This document shows, piece by piece, positions 39,206-47,824 of a DNA stretch of 64,000 nucleotides (position 1 is the stretch's first letter; each line of letters opens with the position of its first letter). The notes below the pieces were generated by a model, which saw nothing but the letters and a program-made list of their open reading frames with translations, was not told the origin of the DNA and ran no database searches. Origin of the DNA: Escherichia coli. GTDB lineage: Bacteria; Pseudomonadota; Gammaproteobacteria; Enterobacterales; Enterobacteriaceae. A program made the translations under genes and the position numbers. Where the stretch lies: the NCBI RefSeq assembly GCF_013315695.1, contig NZ_CP054353.1, one strand, 5' to 3'.

Positions 39206-39724
39206 ATGAGTGTGCCGCAAACAAAAGCTGAACTGCTTTTAGCTATTGATAAAAATTTTAGTAAATTAATTAGTTACCTCAACACAATCCCACCAGAAAT
39301 TACTTCAGATAAATCAATGGACGGACACGCCAAAGGAACGGAGATGAGTGTTCGTGATCTCGTTTCGTATCTGCTTGGATGGAATGCTCTTGTTGTAAAG
39401 TGGATCGCTTCTGATGCTAAAGGTCTGCCTGTCGATTTTCCGGAAACTGGCTATAAATGGAATCAGCTTGGCCTTCTTGCTCAAAAATTTTACTCAGATT
39501 ACAGTGAGTTAAGTTATGAGTTGTTAGTAGCTGAACTTCAGACTGTAAAAAATGAGATTGTGAACCTTATTAATGATCGTACCGATGATATTTTGTATGG
39601 AAGACCATGGTACACAAAATGGACGATGGGGAGAATGATCTCATTTAACACATCTTCGCCTTACGCCAACGCTAATGGAAGATTAAGAAAGTGGGCAAAA
39701 AATAATAATATCAGTTTAAAGTAA
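39206..39724 (+). CDS. ClbS/DfsB-like (DUF1706) protein, putative colibactin/DNA-damage self-protection protein; passenger gene of the ISL3 element
   Basis: 172-aa ORF with good RBS (gagaggga); shares with remembered ClbS the motifs HAKGT, VSYLxGW, LGxLAQKFY, YGxPWYxKWTxGRMIxFNTxSPYxNAxGRL. Confidence 0.6.
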   Translation: MSVPQTKAELLLAIDKNFSKLISYLNTIPPEITSDKSMDGHAKGTEMSVRDLVSYLLGWNALVVKWIASDAKGLPVDFPETGYKWNQLGLLAQKFYSDYSELSYELLVAELQTVKNEIVNLINDRTDDILYGRPWYTKWTMGRMISFNTSSPYANANGRLRKWAKNNNISLK

Positions 39725-39742
39725 GCTTCAGAATGAAATTAT

Positions 39743-40963
39743 ATGGACGAAAAATCCCTCTATGCCCATATCCTTAACCTGACTGCACCATGGCAGGTTA
39801 AATCCCTTACCCTCGATGAAAATGCAGGTTCCGTTACTGTTACAGTCGGAATTGCTGAAAATACTCAGTTAACCTGTCCGACCTGCAGGAAATCCTGTTC
39901 TGTTCACGATCACCGACATCGTAAATGGCGCCACCTTGATACCTGCCAGTTCATGACATTAGTAGAAGCCGATGTTCCCCGCGTTATGTGCCCGGAGCAT
40001 GGCTGCCAGACTCTGCCTGTACCGTGGGCAGGTTCCGGCAGTCGGTACACTCTGCTGTTCGAATCGTTCGTGCTCTCATGGCTTAAAATCAGCACCGTTG
40101 ATGCGGTCAGAAAACAACTTAAACTTAGCTGGAATGCCGTTGACGGCATCATGACCCGCGCGGTTAAGCGAGGCCTGTCGCGGATTAAAAAGCCTTTATC
40201 AGTGCGTCATATGAATGTAGACGAAGTCGCCTTTAAAAAAGGGCATAGGTATATAACCGTGGTATCTGATCGCGACGGGCGGGCACTGGCATTAACCGAT
40301 GATCGTGGCACAGAGAGTCTTGCCAGCTATCTCCGTTCGCTTACTGACAGTCAGTTGTTGGCCATCAAAACACTGTCGATGGACATGAATGCGGGCTATA
40401 TAAGAGCAGCGCGTATCCATTTACCCAATGCGGTCGAGAAAATCGCCTTCGATCGCTTCCATGTGGCGAAGCAACTGGGCGAAGTGGTTGATAAAACCCG
40501 CCAGAATGAACATCCGCACCTCCCTGTTGAAAGTCGTCGTCAGGCCAAAGGTACCCGCTTCCTGTGGCAGTACAGCGACAAATGGATGACTGAGTCCCGG
40601 CAGGAAAAGCTGATGTGGTTGCGGGAACAGATGCAACAGACAAGCCAGTGCTGGACACTGAAAGAGCTGGCAAAAAATATCTGGGATCGCCCCTGGAGCA
40701 CAGAACGCAGGAATGACTGGTTGCAGTGGATATCGCTGGCGTCTGAATGTGATGTGCCGATGATGAAAAACGCAGCGAAAACCATTAAAAAACGGTTATA
40801 CGGAATACTGAATGCAATGCGTCATCGCGTCTCGAATGGAAATGCGGAGGCGCTGAACAGCAAGATCAGACTGCTGAGGATAAAGGCCAGGGGATACCGA
40901 AACCGGGAACGCTTTAAACTGGGAGTTATGTTCCACTATGGGAAACTGAATATGGCGTACTGA
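39743..40963 (+). CDS. ISL3-family transposase
   Basis: 406-aa ORF; N-terminal Cys-rich zf-ISL3-like region ([14 protein letters not shown]) followed by a DDE_Tnp_ISL3-like domain; stop codon abuts the right inverted repeat. Confidence 0.85.
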   Translation: MDEKSLYAHILNLTAPWQVKSLTLDENAGSVTVTVGIAENTQLTCPTCRKSCSVHDHRHRKWRHLDTCQFMTLVEADVPRVMCPEHGCQTLPVPWAGSGSRYTLLFESFVLSWLKISTVDAVRKQLKLSWNAVDGIMTRAVKRGLSRIKKPLSVRHMNVDEVAFKKGHRYITVVSDRDGRALALTDDRGTESLASYLRSLTDSQLLAIKTLSMDMNAGYIRAARIHLPNAVEKIAFDRFHVAKQLGEVVDKTRQNEHPHLPVESRRQAKGTRFLWQYSDKWMTESRQEKLMWLREQMQQTSQCWTLKELAKNIWDRPWSTERRNDWLQWISLASECDVPMMKNAAKTIKKRLYGILNAMRHRVSNGNAEALNSKIRLLRIKARGYRNRERFKLGVMFHYGKLNMAY

Positions 40964-40991
40964 GTCTTCCCACCATGATCGGGGAAGACCC

Positions 40992-41005
40992 ATATAAAAA
41001 CAGTA
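40992..41005 (+). promoter_or_regulatory. right half of the split LexA box (duplicated spacer ATATAAAA + ACAGTA) upstream of sbmC
   Basis: Sits 15 bp upstream of the sbmC ATG; see 39093..39106. Confidence 0.7.
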
Positions 41006-41019
41006 TTAATGGGGGCGTC

Positions 41020-41493
41020 ATGAACTACGAGATTAAGCAGGAAGATAAACGTACCGTTGCAGGTTTCCATCTCGTTGGCCCGTGGGAACAGACGGTAAAG
41101 AAAGGCTTTGAGCAGTTGATGATGTGGATAGATAGCAAAAATATTGTGCCGAAGGAGTGGGTTGCTGTCTATTACGACAATCCAGATGAAACACCCGCCG
41201 AAAAATTACGCTGCGACACCGTCGTGACGGTGCCGAATAACTTTACGCTCCCCGAAAACAGTGAGGGCGTCATTCTGACAGAAATTTCAGGTGGTCAGTA
41301 TGCGGTGGCGGTGGCTCGTGTAGTCGGTGATGATTTTGCTAAACCCTGGTATCAGTTCTTTAATAGCCTCTTGCAGGACAGTGCCTATGAAATGTTACCA
41401 AAGCCCTGCTTCGAGGTTTACTTGAACAATGGCGCGGAAGATGGGTACTGGGATATCGAAATGTATGTTGCGGTGCAGCCAAAACATCACTAA
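41020..41493 (+). CDS. sbmC: DNA gyrase inhibitor SbmC (GyrI)
   Basis: ORF 40975..41493; ATG at 41020 gives [24 protein letters not shown] (157 aa). Confidence 0.92.
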   Translation: MNYEIKQEDKRTVAGFHLVGPWEQTVKKGFEQLMMWIDSKNIVPKEWVAVYYDNPDETPAEKLRCDTVVTVPNNFTLPENSEGVILTEISGGQYAVAVARVVGDDFAKPWYQFFNSLLQDSAYEMLPKPCFEVYLNNGAEDGYWDIEMYVAVQPKHH

Positions 41494-41690
41494 TTCATCT
41501 CAGGGCGGTGTGTTGACGCGAAGACCACTCTTTTTTTGAAAGCGAAAAGAGTAAGATGCGCCTTTCAAATTTTTCGCTCCTGCCGGGAAATTACACTGTT
41601 CCCGGTATGTCCGTCGGATAACTCAGAGGCGCGCCTTCTGGCCGACAGATGTGTTATGAGCGCTTTTAATCTTCATTACGGAGTTTCTGC

Positions 41691-42749
41691 GTGCGTGCCG
41701 ATAAGTCATTAAGCCCGTTTGAAATCCGGGTATACCGCCATTACCGCATTGTGCATGGTACTCGGGTCGCGCTGGCATTCCTGCTCACTTTTCTCATTAT
41801 CCGCCTGTTTACTATCCCGGAAAGCACCTGGCCGCTGGTCACCATGGTGGTGATTATGGGGCCAATCTCGTTCTGGGGGAACGTTGTCCCTCGTGCCTTC
41901 GAACGTATTGGCGGTACGGTGTTGGGTTCGATTTTAGGTCTTATCGCTCTGCAACTGGAGTTAATTTCGTTACCGCTGATGTTAGTCTGGTGCGCGGCGG
42001 CGATGTTTCTTTGCGGTTGGCTGGCGCTGGGCAAGAAACCGTATCAAGGATTATTGATTGGGGTGACGCTGGCAATTGTTGTGGGTTCCCCGACAGGTGA
42101 AATTGATACGGCGTTATGGCGAAGCGGCGATGTGATCCTCGGCTCTTTACTGGCAATGTTGTTTACCGGTATCTGGCCACAACGGGCGTTCATCCACTGG
42201 CGCATTCAACTGGCGAAAAGTCTGACCGAGTATAATCGGGTCTATCAATCTGCATTCTCACCGAACTTACTCGAACGCCCACGTCTGGAAAGCCATCTAC
42301 AAAAACTGCTGACCGATGCCGTGAAAATGCGTGGGCTGATTGCGCCCGCCAGCAAAGAAACCCGTATTCCCAAATCGATATATGAAGGTATCCAGACCAT
42401 TAATCGCAATCTGGTTTGTATGCTGGAGTTGCAAATCAATGCATACTGGGCCACGCGCCCCAGCCATTTCGTGTTATTGAACGCGCAAAAACTTCGTGAT
42501 ACCCAGCACATGATGCAGCAAATACTGCTGAGCCTTGTTCATGCGCTGTACGAAGGTAATCCGCAGCCGGTTTTTTCCAATACGGAAAAATTGAACGATG
42601 CTGTGGAAGAGCTGCGTCAGTTGCTCGATAACCACCATGACCTGAAAGTCGTGGAAACACCAATCTATGGTTATGTGTGGCTGAACATGGAAACGGCACA
42701 TCAGCTTGAGTTGCTATCGAATCTGATTTGCCGGGCCTTGCGCAAATAA
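41691..42749 (+). CDS. yeeA: FUSC-family inner membrane protein YeeA
   Basis: 352-aa membrane ORF; synteny sbmC-yeeA-yeeX. Confidence 0.85.
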   Translation: MRADKSLSPFEIRVYRHYRIVHGTRVALAFLLTFLIIRLFTIPESTWPLVTMVVIMGPISFWGNVVPRAFERIGGTVLGSILGLIALQLELISLPLMLVWCAAAMFLCGWLALGKKPYQGLLIGVTLAIVVGSPTGEIDTALWRSGDVILGSLLAMLFTGIWPQRAFIHWRIQLAKSLTEYNRVYQSAFSPNLLERPRLESHLQKLLTDAVKMRGLIAPASKETRIPKSIYEGIQTINRNLVCMLELQINAYWATRPSHFVLLNAQKLRDTQHMMQQILLSLVHALYEGNPQPVFSNTEKLNDAVEELRQLLDNHHDLKVVETPIYGYVWLNMETAHQLELLSNLICRALRK

Positions 42750-42920
42750 TTCCTGAACTTCAGAATCATCTTGCTGCTGCTTCGATTCAGCAAGGATAAA
42801 GGGTATGATAGTGAAAAGGGATAAAAGCATTGTCATCTGCGGCAGCTATGAGTAATGTTGGCCCTAACGAATAGCGGTTGCTTAAACGAATCCGACTCTC
42901 ACATTATCAGGGGTATAAAA

Positions 42921-43250
42921 ATGGAAACTACCAAGCCTTCATTCCAGGACGTACTGGAATTTGTTCGTCTGTTCCGTCGTAAGAACAAACTGCAACGTGA
43001 AATTCAGGACGTTGAGAAAAAGATCCGTGACAACCAGAAGCGCGTCCTGTTGCTGGACAACCTGAGCGATTACATCAAGCCAGGGATGAGCGTTGAAGCA
43101 ATCCAGGGCATCATCGCCAGCATGAAAGGTGACTATGAAGATCGCGTTGACGATTACATCATCAAAAATGCCGAGCTCTCCAAAGAACGCCGCGATATCT
43201 CCAAAAAGCTGAAAGCTATGGGCGAAATGAAAAACGGCGAAGCGAAGTAA
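42921..43250 (+). CDS. yeeX: UPF0265/DUF496 protein YeeX
   Basis: ORF 42855..43250; internal Met gives [28 protein letters not shown] (109 aa). Confidence 0.9.
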   Translation: METTKPSFQDVLEFVRLFRRKNKLQREIQDVEKKIRDNQKRVLLLDNLSDYIKPGMSVEAIQGIIASMKGDYEDRVDDYIIKNAELSKERRDISKKLKAMGEMKNGEAK

Positions 43251-43263
43251 TTCCCGTTTTATT

Positions 43264-43292
43264 CAATGAGGGTTGCCCGGCAACCCTCATTG
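43264..43292. terminator. 12-bp-stem hairpin after yeeX (no clear U-tract)
   Basis: caatgagggttg-cccgg-caaccctcattg perfect inverted repeat 14 bp after the yeeX stop. Confidence 0.4.
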
Positions 43293-43350
43293 CTCATTGA
43301 TTCTTATCTGTGTATCACCGTCATCATTCTCATCTGAGAACCAATCGAAA

Positions 43351-43575
43351 TTAACAACAGCCTTCTTCTGTATGCAGCAAGGCAAAAAGTTCTGTAACTC
43401 CATTGTTATTAACTGCACTGGTTACTAACACGTTGTGCGCTCCAGCTTCCCGTAACCAACTTTTCACCAAAGATATTTGTTCCATGCTGGCTAAATCTGC
43501 TTTGGTTACTACTCCAATGACCGGGTGATTCATGGCCCGGTAGGGCGTTTTTACCTCTAATTCCTGCTTCAGCGC
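43351..43575 (-). pseudogene. 3' remnant of a small EutP/PduV-family GTPase gene (G4 TKxD and G5 SA motifs only)
   Basis: Minus-strand ORF C-terminus ..NHPVIGVVTKADLASMEQISLVKSWLREAGAHNVLVTSAVNNNGVTELFALL; the upstream part of the ORF call is antisense to an IS66 fragment and not credible. Confidence 0.35.
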
Positions 43576-43589
43576 TGAGATTCCTGCTT

Positions 43590-43733
43590 GTTGCCGGAAA
43601 AGCAGGCACCTGCCGTCTGAACGGTATCGATCCGGAAGCGTATCTGCGCCATATTCTGAGCATACTGCCGGAATGGCCCTCCAACCGTGTTGACGAACTC
43701 CTGCCATGGAACGTAGTTCTCACCAATAAATAA
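43590..43733 (+). mobile_element. IS66-family transposase C-terminal fragment
   Basis: Translates to ..AGKAGTCRLNGIDPEAYLRHILSILPEWPSNRVDELLPWNVVLTNK*, the conserved C-terminal motif of IS66-family TnpC; no intact upstream ORF. Confidence 0.55.
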
Positions 43734-44147
43734 GCGTCAATACGGTGCTCCGTTGACGCTTACTTTAATCCGTTTTCTGAGCTTAGATTTTTCTGTTCCT
43801 ACCCAGACCGTGGATTTGGAATTCATTTTTTGTCAGGTCAATGCTAATCGTTAAAACGGCCATAACGCACCTCCACTGGAAGGTTTATCAGTAATATCCT
43901 ACCGTTGCTTCATGGTCGGGGCGTCCATTCCATTATTATCGGTTTTCCTTTCTGTTTATAAATGAAAACGCCAGCTGTATTCAGGCTGGCGTCAGGGGAA
44001 ATGAAGCCTGTTGAGTGAGATTCACCGGTTCTGGTGCAGAAGCTGCAGATGGCGCAGGGTAAGGACATCTTCTCTTGCCTGCTTAATACAGGACAACAGT
44101 GCTGTTTCTGTGGTTAATGGCACTATACCCTGTATCACTGCATTGTC

Positions 44148-44342
44148 TTACAGCAACTGGTGAGGGCTGGCATAAGTTGCCGGTGTTTCGGTAGAGTCAC
44201 GGCCATCCACCACGCGGAGTGAATAACCGTTTTCAGCGGCCTTATTAATCAGTTCAGTGATATTAACACCATCAATGTCAACGACAATGTGCCCCATATC
44301 CAGCGCCTGTACGTTAACGCTGTCGGCTTCCAGTGTCATCAT
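44148..44342 (-). CDS. yeeW: CP4-44-type prophage protein YeeW
   Basis: 64-aa ORF overlapping the cbtA stop; matches remembered YeeW. Confidence 0.7.
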   Translation of the reverse strand: MMTLEADSVNVQALDMGHIVVDIDGVNITELINKAAENGYSLRVVDGRDSTETPATYASPHQLL

Positions 44343-44713
44343 TTCGCCTCCGGATACTTACCCAGGGTAATGTTATTTACCGTTCTGTAATTGTCGCGGG
44401 TCATCAGGCCGGTCGCCCTGCGAGCCCGGAGGATATCGATGCTGTTTATTAACTGAGAGCGGGTACAGGCGCTGAATCCCGGCTGGTCGGTACGCACCAG
44501 CGCGTATTTTTCCACGAGAAAGTTCACCGCATCACACAGTGAAATGCCTGCCTCAATATGCTGCTCAATCACACGTTCATCGGCAAACGGTGTGTCATTC
44601 AGTGTGAGGCCGTAGTGCTGGTCCAGCAGTCGGGACAGCAGTATCTGCCAGATTTCAACAGGAGACGGGCGAGAACTGGCCGCCTGCCCGGGTAATACAG
44701 GTAATGTTTTCAT
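44339..44713 (-). CDS. cbtA: CbtA toxin (cytoskeleton-binding toxin, YeeV family)
   Basis: 124-aa ORF MKTLPVLPGQAASSRPSPVEIWQILLSRLLDQHYGLTLNDTPFADE.. matches remembered CbtA. Confidence 0.92.
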   Translation of the reverse strand: MKTLPVLPGQAASSRPSPVEIWQILLSRLLDQHYGLTLNDTPFADERVIEQHIEAGISLCDAVNFLVEKYALVRTDQPGFSACTRSQLINSIDILRARRATGLMTRDNYRTVNNITLGKYPEAK

Positions 44714-44801
44714 ACTGAAGATTTTCCTGATATGCAGATATAAAAATGGGAAAGTGGCGTGGTGAAAACACCAGGCCGTAGCAGAAGGCTATTCTGGAGA
44801 G

Positions 44802-45170
44802 TTAATTTTTCATTTCGGGCGTCGGATAAACAGCCAGATAAACGTAACCACAACTGCTGAGGGTATCGGCTTCACAGGCCAGCCCCTTCGCATACAGCGT
44901 GACGGTATGCTGAGTGCGGGGATTCAGTTCACCGCTGGTGAGCATGAGTTCCAGTTGTTTCATCAGCAGCGGAAAGGCCTGGTCCAGGGGGTACGCATCT
45001 GCATCGCTGGACAGGCCTCTGATACCGGCGCGGTCGGCAAGGTAATGCAACCGGTTACCCTCCTGCACCAGACGTGCCCCGAAACAGGGCGTCACGGTGC
45101 AGGGCAGCCCCCACTAGGGGCGGTCGTGATTGTCGTCGGGAAGTGTTGTCCCGGGGAGTGTGTCTGACAC
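44802..45170 (-). pseudogene. cbeA: CbeA (YeeU) antitoxin gene with premature amber codon at codon 19
   Basis: From GTG 45170: VSDTLPGTTLPDDNHDRP-TAG-WGLPCTVTPCFGARLVQEG..; TAG at 45114..45116 where I remember Trp in K-12; longest ORF 44802..45095 would need internal GTG reinitiation. Confidence 0.8.
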
Positions 45171-45243
45171 GATAAAATCCTTACAGAAAATCGGTTAAGA
45201 ATGGTCCGGTGGTGGCGATAATTCTGCTCATCAGAATTCCCAC

Positions 45244-45465
45244 TCAGTTCAGGGTGACGCTCATCAGTCGGACATACGGGCCAAAACTGTCCTTACGGCG
45301 TTCAGCAAACACGGCCAGCACACCGGGAATATCCTGCACTTCACGACCGGTATACGCTTCAGCACTGCCGTGCCAGCGGTATTTACCGGTACAGAACGGA
45401 AAAAGACGGGATGTCGGATGTTGTTGGTGAATACGCATGGCTTCACCACGGGTGATAATTTTCAT
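45244..45465 (-). CDS. yeeT: DUF987 protein YeeT
   Basis: 73-aa ORF MKIITRGEAMRIHQQHPTSRLFPFCTGKYRWHG.. Confidence 0.85.
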   Translation of the reverse strand: MKIITRGEAMRIHQQHPTSRLFPFCTGKYRWHGSAEAYTGREVQDIPGVLAVFAERRKDSFGPYVRLMSVTLN

Positions 45466-45527
45466 AATGGGATACCTCTGAAGACAGAAGATAAAAGTGA
45501 AAACAGGTGTGATGTGGTTGTGACGGG

Positions 45528-45974
45528 TTAAAGCAGACCATGTTCGGCAAAGGAGAAAACCTGGCTGCCACCGACTATCAGATGGTCCGGCACCCGGATA
45601 TCCACCAGGCCCAGTGCCTGTACCAGACGTTCCGTGATAAGGCGGTCTGCCTTGCTGGGTGTGACTTCACCGGACGGGTGATTGTGTGCCAGCACCACGG
45701 CAGCGGCATTGTGGTACAGGGCGCGTTTAATCACTTCCCGGGGATGGACTTCCGTGCGGTTGATGGTGCCGGTGAAGAGGGTTTCACCGGCAATCAGCTG
45801 ATTCTGGTTATTCAGATACAGCACCCGGAATTCTTCACGCTCCAGTCCCGCCATGTTCAGAATCAGCCATTCCCGTGCCGCACGGGTGGAGGTGAAGGCC
45901 ACGCCGGGTTCATGAAGATGGCGGTCCAGGGTTTTCAGGGCCCGCTGAATGAGGCTGCGCTCGCCGGGCGTCAT
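45528..45974 (-). CDS. yeeS: RadC-like JAB-domain protein YeeS (start uncertain; alternative starts at 46004 and 46019)
   Basis: ORF 45528..46019 with HNHPSG JAMM-like motif. Confidence 0.8.
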   Translation of the reverse strand: MTPGERSLIQRALKTLDRHLHEPGVAFTSTRAAREWLILNMAGLEREEFRVLYLNNQNQLIAGETLFTGTINRTEVHPREVIKRALYHNAAAVVLAHNHPSGEVTPSKADRLITERLVQALGLVDIRVPDHLIVGGSQVFSFAEHGLL

Positions 45975-46019
45975 CTCTCCGGGCAGAAAGGAAAGCTGCT
46001 GCATTGTCCCTGCCTCCAT

Positions 46020-46484
46020 TCAGTCGATGATGCGCATAATGGCGCTGCATTCCGGATGCTGCAGGGCATAATCCCGCAGCCGGTAATAATGAACCGTCAT
46101 GGCATAATTCTCTGTACGACAGGCGTGATGGCTGTACGCCATCAGACAGGCGGCAATGCCGGCGGCTTCCGGGCTCATTTCAGCGCGGTTACCGTTCATG
46201 ACGTTAAACAGCACCCATGTTTCGTCATCATCGTCATCCGGTTCGGGTGCCATAAATGCGCCACCGTTGTTCAGGGTGTACAGATTCCAGATACCACCGC
46301 AGTAGTCTTCATACAGACGGTCCATCCAGCCGAAGACCCGGGGCTCCAGGGTCACCCACTGTGGAATGAGGCCAAAATGCTGCGGCCAGAAGCTGATGCG
46401 CTGTTCATCAGGGACTATGGTGGCAACCAGTTGTTGCAGGCCAGTCTCCGGTGCACAGGCCGAAGAGGTGGTGTTCTGAGACAA
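46020..46484 (-). CDS. antirestriction protein (KlcA/ArdB-like); 5' end abuts the IS element, N-terminus possibly altered
   Basis: 154-aa ORF with TTG start only 5 nt from the IS right end; acidic DDDDDE stretch; position equivalent to yfjX/yafX-type genes in CP4-family prophages. Confidence 0.65.
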   Translation of the reverse strand: MSQNTTSSACAPETGLQQLVATIVPDEQRISFWPQHFGLIPQWVTLEPRVFGWMDRLYEDYCGGIWNLYTLNNGGAFMAPEPDDDDDETWVLFNVMNGNRAEMSPEAAGIAACLMAYSHHACRTENYAMTVHYYRLRDYALQHPECSAIMRIID

Positions 46485-46496
46485 TGTTTGTAGTGG

Positions 46497-47747
<1,251 letters not shown>

Positions 47748-47785
47748 GTTTCCTCTGACTCGTGTCAGTCGGTCTCTGGTTGTAT

Positions 47786-47824
47786 CCACGGACCGCACTC
47801 TTGACATAAGAGTGCGGTCCGTGG
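47786..47824. repeat. perfect 17-bp inverted repeat with 5-nt loop
   Basis: ccacggaccgcactctt-gacat-aagagtgcggtccgtgg, 40 bp outside the IS3 end; no adjacent U-tract. Confidence 0.6.

Larger units (their letters stand above)
39107..40991 (+). mobile_element. ISL3-family insertion element (1885 bp) carrying a passenger gene; flanked by an 8-bp ATATAAAA target duplication
   Basis: IRL GGGTCTTCCCCTGTTGTGGTGGG and IRR (reverse complement) GGGTCTTCCCCGATCATGGTGGG; direct repeats ATATAAAA at 39099..39106 and 40992..40999; contains an ISL3-type transposase. Confidence 0.85.

Noticed and set aside
43536-43707. N-terminal half of the 118-aa minus-strand ORF
   Set aside because: Antisense to the IS66 transposase fragment; only the C-terminal GTPase-like part is credible, as a gene remnant.
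45540-46493. 317-aa plus-strand ORF
   Set aside because: Antisense to yeeS and the antirestriction gene; Gly/Arg/His-rich low-complexity translation; the minus-strand genes have recognisable products.
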